From assembly GCA_964016885.1 (NCBI GenBank), contig OZ024742.1, positions 285,014,001 through 285,078,000 on the forward strand: a DNA stretch of 64,000 nt. Direction: 5' to 3'. Below, piece after piece: positions 63,201 to 64,000 of this stretch (positions are counted from its first letter, which is position 1; the number at the start of each line of letters is the position of its first letter). The position numbers were made by a program, and so were the translations under genes. Source of the DNA: Eledone cirrhosa (taxonomy: Eukaryota). The notes under the pieces were generated by a model, which was given only the letters and a program-made list of their open reading frames with translations, was not told where the DNA came from and did no database searches.

Positions 63201-63532
63201 ATCCCACTACCCCCACCCTATCCACACCACCCCTTTCAATATAAAGTTATGTTGGTACCACAACATCCAGTCCTAAATAAATGAGGTCGCGTAGGTATCA
63301 TGACAAAAAAAAAACACAGTCCACGCTGTAATGTGGCCGTGTAGGTAACATGGTAAAAACCTCCCAGTCCACACTGTAAACGTGGTTGGTGTTAGGAAGG
63401 GCATCCAGCCGTAGAAAACCTGCCAGACAATCCTATACAAGCAAGACAACCAATCTTGCCTCAAGTGGGAAAATTCCCGTCCAAACCCATGCAAGCGTGG
63501 AAGATGGACGTTAAATGATGATGATGATGATG
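60255..63532 (+). mobile_element. Near full-length RTE LINE (APE + RT + 3'UTR + (GAT)n tail), disrupted
   Basis: ISAYAPQ, GDLNGH, GVHQGSVLSPLLF, YADD, FRYLG, LRWYGH; several stops and frameshifts. Confidence 0.95.
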
Positions 63533-63849
63533 GTAGAATACCACACTTAAAAAATAAGGGTTTGTGTTAGAAAGGGCATCTGGTGGTTAAAAAGAAAAAT
63601 GTATGAAATTTCTTGAAAATATAGTGAATACATAAATGTTTGCTTCATTTAAATTTTGGCTCCATAAAACATTGATAACTGTAAACTATTCTGTTGGATC
63701 TCATCATGATTATTTTTACATCCATTTTTCCATGCATTGGATGGGTTGTTACAGAATAAGTCAGTACTTAATGGGAGCTACCTACTGCCTGTCGTTCCTA
63801 ACACTAAGCATTTTACAAAAATAATGTTGGTTCGTATATCGTCATTCTG

Positions 63850-64000
63850 GTATGTCTCAGAATCAGCAAAGCTTGCATGTCAGCAATGGCCCGGACCCTC
63901 CTCCCCCACTTCATATTAGGCCTGAAGTCGTGCCTTTTGTCAGCTCCTTCATTTACCTGGGCTCGACAATCATCAACAATGGAGGCCTGATCGTGGAGAT
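63850..64000 (+). mobile_element. RT fragment of a different non-LTR family, running off the window
   Basis: Reads EVVPFVSSFIYLGSTIINNGGLIVE (the V..F.YLGS motif). Confidence 0.55.

Overview
AT-rich, repeat-dense eukaryotic DNA, most consistent with a coleoid cephalopod (octopus-like) genome; this is inferred from the KRAB-less single-coding-exon C2H2 zinc-finger genes, (AT)n microsatellites and RTE LINEs with (GAT)n tails. The window holds three paralogous C2H2-ZNF genes: ZNF-A (13822-16032, -), a pseudogene ZNF-B (39195-41180, +) and ZNF-C (50332-52149, +). They share homologous non-coding 5' exons, an 11-aa N-terminal repeat and fossil fingers downstream. They lie among many RTE-type LINE copies (several with a PHD-like finger inside the RT), tRNA-derived SINEs, hAT- and piggyBac-type MITEs, a Penelope-like remnant and two Ty3/Gypsy-type LTR elements. 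The full-length LTR element (31797-36006, -, TSD CTTTC) has an intact -1 frameshift signal. Its primer-binding position has no TGG and is instead complementary to the first 12 nt of tRNA-Phe. Boundaries of degenerate repeats are approximate (read by eye).
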